Shown here piece by piece: positions 8,797 through 17,833 of a stretch of 64,000 nucleotides of DNA. Under the pieces are notes generated by a model. The model did no database searches. It was not told the DNA's origin and worked only from the letters and a program-made list of their open reading frames with translations. The number at the start of each line of letters is the position of its first letter. Within the stretch, counting starts at the first letter, position 1. Origin of the DNA: Burkholderiales bacterium (GTDB lineage: Bacteria > Pseudomonadota > Gammaproteobacteria > Burkholderiales > Nitrosomonadaceae). The stretch is taken from contig JACKLU010000009.1 in the NCBI GenBank assembly GCA_024235735.1, positions 24,667 to 88,666 of the forward strand, given 5' to 3'. Both the position numbers and the translations under genes were made by a program.

Positions 8797-8961
8797 TCAG
8801 TAATTTCCGATTATTTCCCGTCGAATATCCTTGTCGTCAAAATAGCTGTCATCATCGGCACATTCCATTTCGTCGATAATTCTCGCCACACGACTATCCT
8901 CGAAAAGATCTTCAACAACACAATCGTCATCAAACTTGTCAAAAGAAAATTCAATTTTCAT
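8797..8961 (-). CDS. 54-aa highly acidic small protein of unknown function
   Basis: AAGGAGG SD before ATG at 8961. MKIEFSFDKFDDDCVVEDLFEDSRVARIIDEMECADDDSYFDDKDIRREIIGNY (19 D/E). A candidate promoter lies upstream. Confidence 0.65.
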   Translation of the reverse strand: MKIEFSFDKFDDDCVVEDLFEDSRVARIIDEMECADDDSYFDDKDIRREIIGNY

Positions 8962-9002
8962 TTTAAACACCTCCTTGATTAAACTGGGCAAATCTATTAG
9001 AC

Positions 9003-9052
9003 ATCAATTAGCGTATCTGTAAAAGCGAAGAAAGTCAGTGATTTATCCCACA
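9003..9052 (-). promoter_or_regulatory. Candidate class II CRP-type promoter for the small acidic gene
   Basis: AGTGA-tttatc-CCACA at 9037-9052 (2 mismatches to TGTGA-N6-TCACA), centred 41.5 nt upstream of the TSS (9003) implied by -10 TACGCT (9015-9010, minus strand). Confidence 0.5.
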
Positions 9053-9239
9053 ATTCCCTTTTTGGGTGTGCAAGTAATTCTTTCTGGGAAGGAAACTGTC
9101 GTTTCCTGCGCTGTCCTGTCGGGTCGTCAGATTCACTTATTTCAGGAAAATCAATCCTATGCTAGTATTTAACCTAAACTGGGAATCCAGGTTTAAGGAT
9201 CTGGCCAATACATGAATAATAATCTGGGGAGAGCAATGG

Positions 9240-9962
9240 ATGCCTACACTGCGCCAAATTCCAATTGACCGGGCATGTGCGATGCTTTCGGCCATAAAGG
9301 AATTTCACGACCTGTCCGCTTCTGATCTGGAAGAGATCGCCAGGCAGTGCAGCTGGTATCGTTATGAAGAAAACGAAGAAATTGTACATTTTCAGGATAA
9401 ATCGAACAGTGTCTTTTTTATTGCTCAGGGCGACATAAGAGTCACTTATCATGCGTTATCCGGGCATGAAGTCATTCTGTGCGATCTGACAACCGGAGAA
9501 ATGTTTGGCGAATTAACCGCAATCGACGGAAAGTCCCGCTCGGCGACAGTCATCGCCAGAAACAGCGTACTGCTGGCCTCCCTGACAGCTATTGATTTCA
9601 AAAATGTTATCTATGCCAGCCGTCAGGTGGCCGAGGCCATACTCAAACGGCTTGCGAGTGAAGTGCGCCGATTAACAGAGCGCGTTTACGATTTCAGCAC
9701 ACTCGCTGTCAGCAACCGCATACAGGCTGAACTGTTGCGTCTGGCGAAAAACCATATGACGGGCCCCAATGTTGCGGTTGTCTCTCCTTCTCCGACACAC
9801 TTTGATATCGCCAATCTGGTCAGCACGCACCGCGAGGCCGTAACGCGAGAACTCAGCAATCTGGCCCGCAACAACCTGATTTTGCGGAAAGGGCATGATC
9901 TGCACATTCTGGATGTGGCAAGACTGACGGATATGGTCAATCTGGTGCGCGGCAGTAGTTGA
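9240..9962 (+). CDS. Crp/Fnr-family transcription regulator (CRP-like)
   Basis: cNMP pocket FGELTAIDGKSRSAT; HTH with CRP-type recognition helix THREAVTRELS; no FNR Fe-S cysteine cluster. Confidence 0.9.
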   Translation: MPTLRQIPIDRACAMLSAIKEFHDLSASDLEEIARQCSWYRYEENEEIVHFQDKSNSVFFIAQGDIRVTYHALSGHEVILCDLTTGEMFGELTAIDGKSRSATVIARNSVLLASLTAIDFKNVIYASRQVAEAILKRLASEVRRLTERVYDFSTLAVSNRIQAELLRLAKNHMTGPNVAVVSPSPTHFDIANLVSTHREAVTRELSNLARNNLILRKGHDLHILDVARLTDMVNLVRGSS

Positions 9963-10439
9963 GTAAACCCGGGTTGCCGGCGCGTGCACTCGATGTACAG
10001 ACGATTTTTTCTCTGTTTTTATACCTTTCGCAGGTTCCGGGCAGAATTTTCCAGTTCTTCCTTGTTCATCGCCCCATTCCTATTCTTCGGTTAAACAATT
10101 AATTCGAATGGTGAATCACACGATGGTATTTAGGATTAAGGGATCTGGCTGATTTACAATAAACCCCGTTCAGCGAATGTTAGGCGATGGTAGTTCGAGA
10201 GGGCTAAAGTCGACACGTGCATAGCCAAGCGGCATTGACCATGTCAACCGGTTCAAAGCAGCTTTCCAGTTTTTTATCGGCATTACCCAGTTTCTGGAAG
10301 CTTCTTGAATTGCCGGAAAAATGATTTTTTTGGTGTGATCTGAAGTGTTCTGGTCTTCATGGAATCCGCAGTTTCATAAAATTAATCAATGAAATTGAGG
10401 ACGAAAGATGGAGAAATTACCCCGTACAGGATGTAACCA

Positions 10440-10850
10440 GGGATTCACCAGTGAGCACGAGAGATTTATAGTGCAAAACGCCCGCGTAATGATTTGGCAG
10501 ATCAGGGTGTGCAAACGATACCGTATCAGTCCGAACATTACGACAGAAACTGGGTTTGTGTTGCAAGTAAAAACGGTAGCTTAAGGTGACAACCGACTCC
10601 GGGCATCTATTCGCCAATTGCCCCTGATGTTTTGAGTAGGAATTTGCAAGTAGCGCCTGAAAAAGCGTGAGCGAGCGATATCAGTGTGCCGCAGCAAATC
10701 CTCGTTCAAGTGTCTAAAACGCTTAGATGACATCAAAATCGGAGAGCGATGTTGCTTCGGTATCAGCAGGCAGTGCCTGCTGATAGACTGCATGGTGCCC
10801 AGCATAGAGGCGGTGCGAGTCTGATTCAGGCTTTTACGTTGAGCTGCGGG
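10440..10850 (+). pseudogene. Heavily degraded IS3-family transposase OrfB fragment
   Basis: Stitched across frames: IHQ*AREIYSAKRPRNDLADQG / LGLCCK*KR*LKVTTDSGH / SPIAPDVLSRNLQVAPEKA*ASDIS. These match IS3 OrfB segments; many stops and frameshifts. Confidence 0.6.
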
Positions 10851-11108
10851 AATCTTCGATGGCAATGCTAAGGGAAAGACACAAATGCAATTATATAAGG
10901 TCGACAGTGCCGAAGTGCCATCAAGGGGCGGAACTGTCCGTAGTAGCGTTGAAATGACTGTAATGGTCATGGAGCAAAGGGTCGGCGTTATTCAACCGAA
11001 ATTTTCGGTCAACAGCCATGTAATGGTCGGTTAAATTATTATGAGTTCAGGGTTTTTCATAAATAAGAAAGCAATTTTAGAGGTAAATATTCTTCGACAT
11101 TATTCATT

Positions 11109-12239
11109 TTATCCGTAAACATCTTCATTGAACTGACATTGTATTCGTTCGATCTCGGCGCGATGTTCGATGAGTGCGTTGACGCAGTCGACATCGAGTT
11201 TTTCTCCGGCTAATTGTCTGAGTGTGTCGAAGGCCCGATCGTTGCTCCAGGCTTCCTTGTATGGTCGGCGTGAAGTCAGCGCGTCGAAGATATCGGCGAC
11301 TGCCACAATGCGTGCTTCAAGCGGAATATCGTGATTGATTTTGCCGCACGGATAGCCACTGCCGTTGACTGCTTCGTGGTGGAATTCGGCAATGTTTCTC
11401 AGGATATCGATATGCGCAATACCGTCCAGGCTGAAGTTTGCGACGATTTCATCGATCATTTCCCGGCCTCTGCGCGCATGCGTGTTCATGATTTTTCGTT
11501 CTGACGCACTCAGTGGCCCCGGTTTTAACAGAATACTGTCCGGAATGGCGATCTTACCGATGTCATGCAGCGGCGAAAACATAAAAACATATTCGATATA
11601 CTCATCGTTAAGCTGATATTGTCTGGCCAGCGATTGCGCTATCAACCGGCTGTATCGCGACATGCGATCCAAATGGCTGCCTGTTTCGGGGTCACGCAGA
11701 TGGGTGATCTTTCCGGTAGTTTTCAATGCGGCGTTCATCACATGAATGGTGGACAATTCACTGATGACCATCAGCGCGATCAGATGGCCAAAAACATCAA
11801 GTTCTCTGAGCGCTTTTTCGGTAAACACATTGGTTTGGTACGAATTGAAGAAAAGAAACCCGATAAATTCGCCCCCGTGAAACATCGGCATGGTATAACT
11901 GGCGGCATAGCCTTGGCGACCGATGCGCTTGGTATGTTCCTGGTTGCCTTGCTCAAAAGTAATCAGGTTATTGACAACGCGGGGGCGCTTTTTTTCCAGT
12001 ATTTCCTTTAGCGACCTCGCCTGATTCAGCGGTATTTGGTAGTTATTCAATGGATTGTCTTCACCGCTGCTGTCGATATAAGTTCTTAGAACATGGGTTT
12101 GTGAATCGAATAACGTCACGGCAATGCGTGCTACAAAATCAAGATTCTGTTGAATAACCCGATGCGCGCTGACAAGCTTGTCTTTCAACGGCAAATGGCT
12201 GTTTAAATCTTCCAGTGCATCTCTATGATTAAACATCAT
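11109..12239 (-). CDS. GAF + HD-GYP domain protein (cyclic-dinucleotide phosphodiesterase-like)
   Basis: ETGSHLDRM, LHDIGK, HHE..NGSGYP, ARIVAVADIFDALTSRRPYK; N-terminal GAF. Start placed at MMFNH (12239); the ORF track extends to 12410. Confidence 0.88.
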   Translation of the reverse strand: MMFNHRDALEDLNSHLPLKDKLVSAHRVIQQNLDFVARIAVTLFDSQTHVLRTYIDSSGEDNPLNNYQIPLNQARSLKEILEKKRPRVVNNLITFEQGNQEHTKRIGRQGYAASYTMPMFHGGEFIGFLFFNSYQTNVFTEKALRELDVFGHLIALMVISELSTIHVMNAALKTTGKITHLRDPETGSHLDRMSRYSRLIAQSLARQYQLNDEYIEYVFMFSPLHDIGKIAIPDSILLKPGPLSASERKIMNTHARRGREMIDEIVANFSLDGIAHIDILRNIAEFHHEAVNGSGYPCGKINHDIPLEARIVAVADIFDALTSRRPYKEAWSNDRAFDTLRQLAGEKLDVDCVNALIEHRAEIERIQCQFNEDVYG

Positions 12240-12676
12240 CGGAATAATCGCTTGTATTTGGAAAGGCGGTGGTTTGAACAGTCCTGTCCAGATTAGCTTT
12301 CTCAATACAGAAAAAAGAGCACCCTTGAAAACAAAGGTGCCTGATTTTAGGGGAGAAATGAGCAGGTTGGAGTCCAAGGGAGTAAAGACCACAAGCTGCT
12401 TGACTGCCATTGTACCGCTAATACTGATATACGATTGCTCGAATAATCATCGGTTTGCATGCCATTTCTGGGGATCGGGGTGTATGCTGTGCGCTGCGTG
12501 TAAGAAATCGTAGTCTGGACCTTGTATTAGAGCTATTGCTTGTCTGCCGTTTTCTGGTCGCGCTTGAGTTCGAGCTGTAGACAAGGAATAATGCAATCTC
12601 GGTAGAGAAAGAGCTGATCAGCGGTTTATGGGAGCAATCGAAATCTTAACGCAGGTGGAAAAGAGAGAGCAATGAA

Positions 12677-13900
12677 ATGGCGAATTTTAAACAAATAGCT
12701 GATTTTGATGTTGCCCGGTATAGGGGTGTCCGTTCCGGGCTGGGCAAGTGCGCCGACGGATTCTTCCGGGATTTTTTTGTCGGCCATGACAATGCATTAC
12801 CGGATGAAAGATTGCATGGCGCTTTCGATTGGGACGGCGAGATCGTTTACGTTCCATGCGGTTACGAATCCGCATTTAATGCATGGTCAAGCATCGGCCG
12901 TTTTTTGAAACATGTTCAAAGCAATCATCATGATGCTAGCCGGAAAGTCTGCTTTGTCAGGTATTGTACTGGTGTTGTTGATGGCGGCATCATTTTTGGC
13001 AATGACCGAATAATATTTTCAGCCTCCGTGCACACAAGTACAGCAGTACAAAAAATTTTTGAGACAAAGGAGGGTTGCACGATTGATGTGCATTCTTTGT
13101 CGGTTACAGCTGATGGCACAATTGTTTTTAAGGCCGATCATGTTTTGTATATCCTGTCGCGTTCCGGCAATGCCATAACCGGGTATGTTACGCAGCCCAT
13201 TCCTTTGAATTCCGGGATAAACAGGATCAAGCTTTTAGAACACAGACTGGATAGTGATTTTTCTTATGTGGCCGCCTGCGAAGCAAGAAAATCCGCTGCA
13301 AAACTTGGAGAGTCTGCGAAGTTATGGTTGGTCAGTCTGAAAAGCAGCAGTGTGATCAATCGACTTGAAATGGAGAGTATTCTCGATTTCAGCCGGCATC
13401 CCTACAAACCTGAGCTAGTTGTTCTGGGACAGAATAAATTGACTTTGCTTTCGCTGCCGGATCTAAAGACAGTCCGGTCTGTAGCATTGCCTTTTGCAGG
13501 TGGAAATCCTGACCCGGTATGCGCCAATGCTGTCTATAGTCCTAACGGTCAGTATTTTGCTTTGACGTACGCGGGCAATGGCGATGTGGAAATTCGTGGC
13601 GCAGGTACTCTGGAAACTGTTTATACACTCAATGGACGGGGCTTTCCATTGGTCGATATGGCTTGGGACAGTACGGGAAATTATCTGGCGTGCAGATTCG
13701 CGGTACTGTTCGATCCGGTCAAATTCGAGTTGACGGTTTTCGATATCCGTTCACAGGAAATAGTTTTTGACATCACCATCAATCATCAGAAAGAGACAGC
13801 AGAGAAGAGTCCTGAAACGGTTTTCAGATGGTCGCCTCGTGCCACGGAACTTGCCTGTTTAATCGACAATCAGAGAATCCGGATCTATAAACCGGCATGA
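12677..13900 (+). CDS. Hypothetical protein with WD40-like beta-propeller C-terminal region
   Basis: 407-aa ORF with SD; repeats AVYSPNGQYFAL, MAWDSTGNYLA, FRWSPRATELA. Confidence 0.6.
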   Translation: MANFKQIADFDVARYRGVRSGLGKCADGFFRDFFVGHDNALPDERLHGAFDWDGEIVYVPCGYESAFNAWSSIGRFLKHVQSNHHDASRKVCFVRYCTGVVDGGIIFGNDRIIFSASVHTSTAVQKIFETKEGCTIDVHSLSVTADGTIVFKADHVLYILSRSGNAITGYVTQPIPLNSGINRIKLLEHRLDSDFSYVAACEARKSAAKLGESAKLWLVSLKSSSVINRLEMESILDFSRHPYKPELVVLGQNKLTLLSLPDLKTVRSVALPFAGGNPDPVCANAVYSPNGQYFALTYAGNGDVEIRGAGTLETVYTLNGRGFPLVDMAWDSTGNYLACRFAVLFDPVKFELTVFDIRSQEIVFDITINHQKETAEKSPETVFRWSPRATELACLIDNQRIRIYKPA

Positions 13901-13977
13901 GAAGATCATATTGTGTCCGGTTTGCTGTAAAATAGGCAACAAGAGGTACCATTCTTTTCGCAGCATCTTCAAATACC

Positions 13978-15048
13978 GTGAATGATCATTATCCAGACCG
14001 TACGCATACGACAGATTCCATAACATCGCTTTCTTATCGTGAAGCCGGTGTTGATATTGATGCCGGCGATCGCTTTGTTCAAAATATCAAACCTTTTGCT
14101 AGACGAACATTGCGGCCGGAAGTGCTGACTGGTATCGGCGGATTCGGTGCGTTGTTTGAAATTTCTAAAAACTACCGTAATCCGGTGCTGGTTTCCGGGA
14201 CGGATGGGGTGGGTACCAAACTGAAGCTTGCGTTCCAGTTAAACAGGCATGAAAGTATCGGCGTTGATCTGGTTGCCATGAGCGTTAACGATATTCTGGT
14301 GCTTGGTGCGGAGCCATTGTTTTTTCTCGACTACTTTGCCTGCGGCAAGCTCGATGTCGATGTTGCAACGGTGGTTGTCAGCGGCATAGCCGCCGGTTGT
14401 GAACAGGCGGGCTGCGCACTGATTGGCGGTGAAACCGCGGAAATGCCGGGTATGTATCCGTTCGGTGAATATGATTTGGCCGGATTTGCGGTTGGTGTCG
14501 TCGAGAAAACGCAGATTATTGATGGCGCGAAGATTGCGCCGGGTGATGCCATTATCGGCTTGGCGTCAAGCGGCGCGCATTCCAACGGTTATTCGCTGAT
14601 TCGAAGCATCATCGGTAGTCATTCTGTCGATCTGGATCAGGATTTTCATGGTAAACCGCTGAGCGATGCCTTGATGGCGCCGACGCGGATCTACGTCAAA
14701 CCTTTGCTGGACTTGTTGAAACAGCTTCCGGTCAAGGGTATGGCGCATATTACCGGTGGTGGGTTGATTGAAAATCTGCCGCGTATTTTGCCCGCGTATA
14801 CCCGTGCCGTGTTGCATAAAGACGCTTGGATCATGCCGCCGCTTTTCAGTTGGCTGCAACAGCTGGGCAATGTGAGCGACGCCGAAATGTTGCGCGTTTT
14901 TAACTGCGGCATCGGTATGGCCATCGTTATATCTGCTGATCAGGCGGATGCCGCCATGCAGCATTTGCATGCATCGGGCGAAACGGTCTGGCGTATTGGA
15001 AAAATAACCGAGCGTGCAGCCGATCAATCCGCAATCGCTATAAAATAA
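13978..15048 (+). CDS. purM: Phosphoribosylformylglycinamidine cyclo-ligase (AIR synthase)
   Basis: [49 protein letters not shown]. Confidence 0.97.
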   Translation: MNDHYPDRTHTTDSITSLSYREAGVDIDAGDRFVQNIKPFARRTLRPEVLTGIGGFGALFEISKNYRNPVLVSGTDGVGTKLKLAFQLNRHESIGVDLVAMSVNDILVLGAEPLFFLDYFACGKLDVDVATVVVSGIAAGCEQAGCALIGGETAEMPGMYPFGEYDLAGFAVGVVEKTQIIDGAKIAPGDAIIGLASSGAHSNGYSLIRSIIGSHSVDLDQDFHGKPLSDALMAPTRIYVKPLLDLLKQLPVKGMAHITGGGLIENLPRILPAYTRAVLHKDAWIMPPLFSWLQQLGNVSDAEMLRVFNCGIGMAIVISADQADAAMQHLHASGETVWRIGKITERAADQSAIAIK

Positions 15049-15082
15049 ACCTATTTATAAGCGATTCTGGTAACAGTATTGG

Positions 15083-15721
15083 ATGGAAACGCTCGTTATT
15101 TTGATATCCGGTCGTGGCAGTAACATGCAGGCATTACTGGAAGCCGGCCTGCCGATTAATCGTGTTGTGGTGATCAGCAACGATCCTGATGCTGAAGGAT
15201 TGAAAATAGCCGCATCTTTAGGTGCTCTTGTTGCATGTATTGATCACCGTAATTTCCAGAGTAGGGAAGCGTTTGACGCCGCGCTGGCCGACGAAATCGA
15301 TCGTCATCAACCGGATCTGATCGCGCTCGCCGGCTTTATGCGTATTCTTACCGACGGTTTTGTGCTGCGTTATCAAGGCCGGCTGCTCAATATTCATCCA
15401 TCGTTGTTGCCGGCCTATCCTGGTTTGCAGACGCACCGGCGCGCACTGCAGGATGGTGTTAAAATTCATGGCTGTACAGTGCATTTTGTAACAGCAGCGG
15501 TTGATCATGGGCCTATCGTGATTCAGGCGGCTGTACCCGTTATGCCTGATGATACACCTCAGATACTGGCCAGCAGGGTGCTGCAAGCGGAGCATCGTAT
15601 CTATCCACAGGCTGTGCGCTGGTTTTTTCAGGAACGACTCAAACTTTCCGGGCAGATGGTTACTGTGTCCCGTGCAGTGGTTCACGATTCGGTTATTTAT
15701 TCGCCAGGATTACAAGATTGA
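15083..15721 (+). CDS. purN: Phosphoribosylglycinamide formyltransferase
   Basis: ISGRGSNMQA, LAGFMRIL, NIHPSLLP, GCTVHFVT, DHGP; follows purM. Confidence 0.97.
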   Translation: METLVILISGRGSNMQALLEAGLPINRVVVISNDPDAEGLKIAASLGALVACIDHRNFQSREAFDAALADEIDRHQPDLIALAGFMRILTDGFVLRYQGRLLNIHPSLLPAYPGLQTHRRALQDGVKIHGCTVHFVTAAVDHGPIVIQAAVPVMPDDTPQILASRVLQAEHRIYPQAVRWFFQERLKLSGQMVTVSRAVVHDSVIYSPGLQD

Positions 15722-16518
15722 AAGTGAAATCTATCTTCCTGTTTTTCTTTCTTTTGAGTTTCGCTATGCCGGTTTATGCGGATGAAGCGACAAGCCGGTC
15801 CGCAATACTGAAATCCGGTAAAATGCCGACGCGTATTCATGTGGATTACACGGTCACGACCGGTATTGGCAATGGCGAGTTGAGTGAAATTGTGGATATC
15901 AGCCAGGAGATTGATGCGCATACTTTCAATATTTCGAGTAATGCACAGGCCACCGGCATCTTCAAAGTCATTAAACCCGGTAACATCATACGTAACAGTC
16001 GTGGCCTGATAACCGATAAAGGCTTGCAGCCGGATTATTATTCCGATCAGCGCGCCAACAAAGAACCCAGTCTGGCGTTATTTGACTGGGAAAAAAAGAT
16101 CCTGACACTCAGACACGAGGGTAAGGAAACAACAGAGTCTTTGGCGGCAGATACATTGGATCGATTGAGTTTATCCTATCATTTTATTTTTATGCCACTA
16201 ACGGAAGTAAAAGACAAAATGCAAACCGGCAAGCTGTTCAAGATTCATGTGACAGACGGTCGCAGTACGCAGCTGATGCGATTCAAGATCAGCAATGAGA
16301 AACTGGATACCCCTGTCGGCAGGTTGGATACACTTGTATTAACGAAATTATATGATCGGGATGATTCCATGCGGAGAAAAATATGGCTGGCGCCGGACTA
16401 CCATATGATACCGGTTCGTATTCAGTCGGTTGAAAAAGACGGACTAGAAGTGGACAAAATGATTGCCGGAATCAATCTCGGCTACGATAAACCCGGCGTA
16501 GCCTGCTGCAGACGCTAG
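15718..16518 (+). CDS. DUF3108-like exported protein
   Basis: Signal peptide; GLQPDYY...FDW...TLDRLS...KIWLAPDYHMIPVRI pattern; overlaps the purN stop. Confidence 0.7.
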   Translation: MKVKSIFLFFFLLSFAMPVYADEATSRSAILKSGKMPTRIHVDYTVTTGIGNGELSEIVDISQEIDAHTFNISSNAQATGIFKVIKPGNIIRNSRGLITDKGLQPDYYSDQRANKEPSLALFDWEKKILTLRHEGKETTESLAADTLDRLSLSYHFIFMPLTEVKDKMQTGKLFKIHVTDGRSTQLMRFKISNEKLDTPVGRLDTLVLTKLYDRDDSMRRKIWLAPDYHMIPVRIQSVEKDGLEVDKMIAGINLGYDKPGVACCRR

Positions 16519-16554
16519 TCATTCACGCTAAAACATAATCTCTATTCATCCTCC

Positions 16555-17817
16555 ATGTCTTTGAATCCTTTATTGTTGGATAAAACGGTTGTTGCCCTGC
16601 GGACGATTCTACCGCTTGAATATCCGGCGGATGCTGTATTGCGGCGGTTTTTTCAGGAGAATCCGAAGCTTGGCGCGAATGATCGCACATTCATTGCGGA
16701 AACCGTATTCGAGATTTTGCGACACCGTTTGTTTCTGGAACATAACATCGATAGCGCGACGCCGCGAGCGTTGTTACTGGCCTATCTGGTTCGATTCAGT
16801 GGTGTTAATCTGCGCGAAATTAAGCACTGGGCAAAAGATTCCGAGATTAAATGGCTGAAAAGCATGAAAGCGGTTGTTATGGAAACGCAACCATTGACTG
16901 TACAGGCGGAATTTCCGGACTGGTTGATAGAAAAATTAAAACTTTTCATGTCTGACGCTGAAATTCTCAAACTGGGTTTGTCATTACAGAAAAGTGCGCC
17001 GCTGGATTTGCGCGTCAATACACTGCTGGAGAAACGTGAGCAGGCGCTGGCAGTGCTGACGCAGGAAGGTATTAAGGCTGAAGCCATGGCTTTCTCGCCG
17101 TGCGGTATCCGCTTGCGTGATAAATCAGCGATTAATCGCCATCCATTGTTTCTGTCGGGAAAGATTGAAGTACAGGATGAAGGCAGTCAATTGCTGGGTT
17201 ATTTGCTTGCGCCTAAACGGGGGGAAATGGTGGTTGATTTTTGTGCCGGAGCAGGCGGCAAGACGTTGCTACTGGGCGCACTCATGCATTCCAAGGGACG
17301 GTTGTATGCGTTTGATACTTCAGAAAAACGACTGAATAATCTAAAACCGCGTCTAAAACGTTCCGGTCTGTCTAACGTGCATATTCAGCGCATTGCGAGT
17401 GAGAGCGATATCAGACTCAAACGCTTGCAGGGAAAGATCGATCGCGTGCTCGTCGATGCGCCATGCAGCGGATTGGGTACATTGCGACGCAATCCTGATT
17501 TGAAATGGCGTCAGTCCGGGCGCAGTATTGAAGAACTGAAGGTCAAGCAGGCTTCGATTCTTTCCGCCGCCGCTGCGCTGGTTAAACCGGGCGGGCGGTT
17601 GGTCTACGCGACATGTAGTTTTTTGCCCGAAGAGAATCAGGAAATCATCGCCGGTTTTATCGAAAAAAACCCTGGATTCGAGTTATTAAATTGTGCCGAG
17701 TTATTGGCGGAGCAGAGGATTTCCATTCTGACCGACCAGTTTTTGCAATTATCACCTGCCACGCATCAGACTGATGGTTTTTTTGCCGCTGCGTTAATGC
17801 GCAAGAACGAATCTTAA
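16555..17817 (+). CDS. RsmB/NOP (Fmu/Sun)-family RNA cytosine-C5 methyltransferase
   Basis: VQDEGSQ, DFCAGAGGKT, VDAPCSGLGTLRRNPD, YATCS, TDGFFAA. Confidence 0.9.
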   Translation: MSLNPLLLDKTVVALRTILPLEYPADAVLRRFFQENPKLGANDRTFIAETVFEILRHRLFLEHNIDSATPRALLLAYLVRFSGVNLREIKHWAKDSEIKWLKSMKAVVMETQPLTVQAEFPDWLIEKLKLFMSDAEILKLGLSLQKSAPLDLRVNTLLEKREQALAVLTQEGIKAEAMAFSPCGIRLRDKSAINRHPLFLSGKIEVQDEGSQLLGYLLAPKRGEMVVDFCAGAGGKTLLLGALMHSKGRLYAFDTSEKRLNNLKPRLKRSGLSNVHIQRIASESDIRLKRLQGKIDRVLVDAPCSGLGTLRRNPDLKWRQSGRSIEELKVKQASILSAAAALVKPGGRLVYATCSFLPEENQEIIAGFIEKNPGFELLNCAELLAEQRISILTDQFLQLSPATHQTDGFFAAALMRKNES

Positions 17818-17833
17818 CGGCGTTTCAGAAAAA

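Noticed and set aside
10408-10584. 58-aa ORF with a GAGG SD (MEKLPRTG...)
   Set aside because: It overlaps the IS3 relic in an alternative frame and has no recognisable motif; most likely a by-product.
10761-10785. Perfect 11-bp hairpin TATCAGCAGGC-agt-GCCTGCTGATA
   Set aside because: It lies inside the decayed IS3 sequence, has no U-tract and no second copy; no function can be supported.
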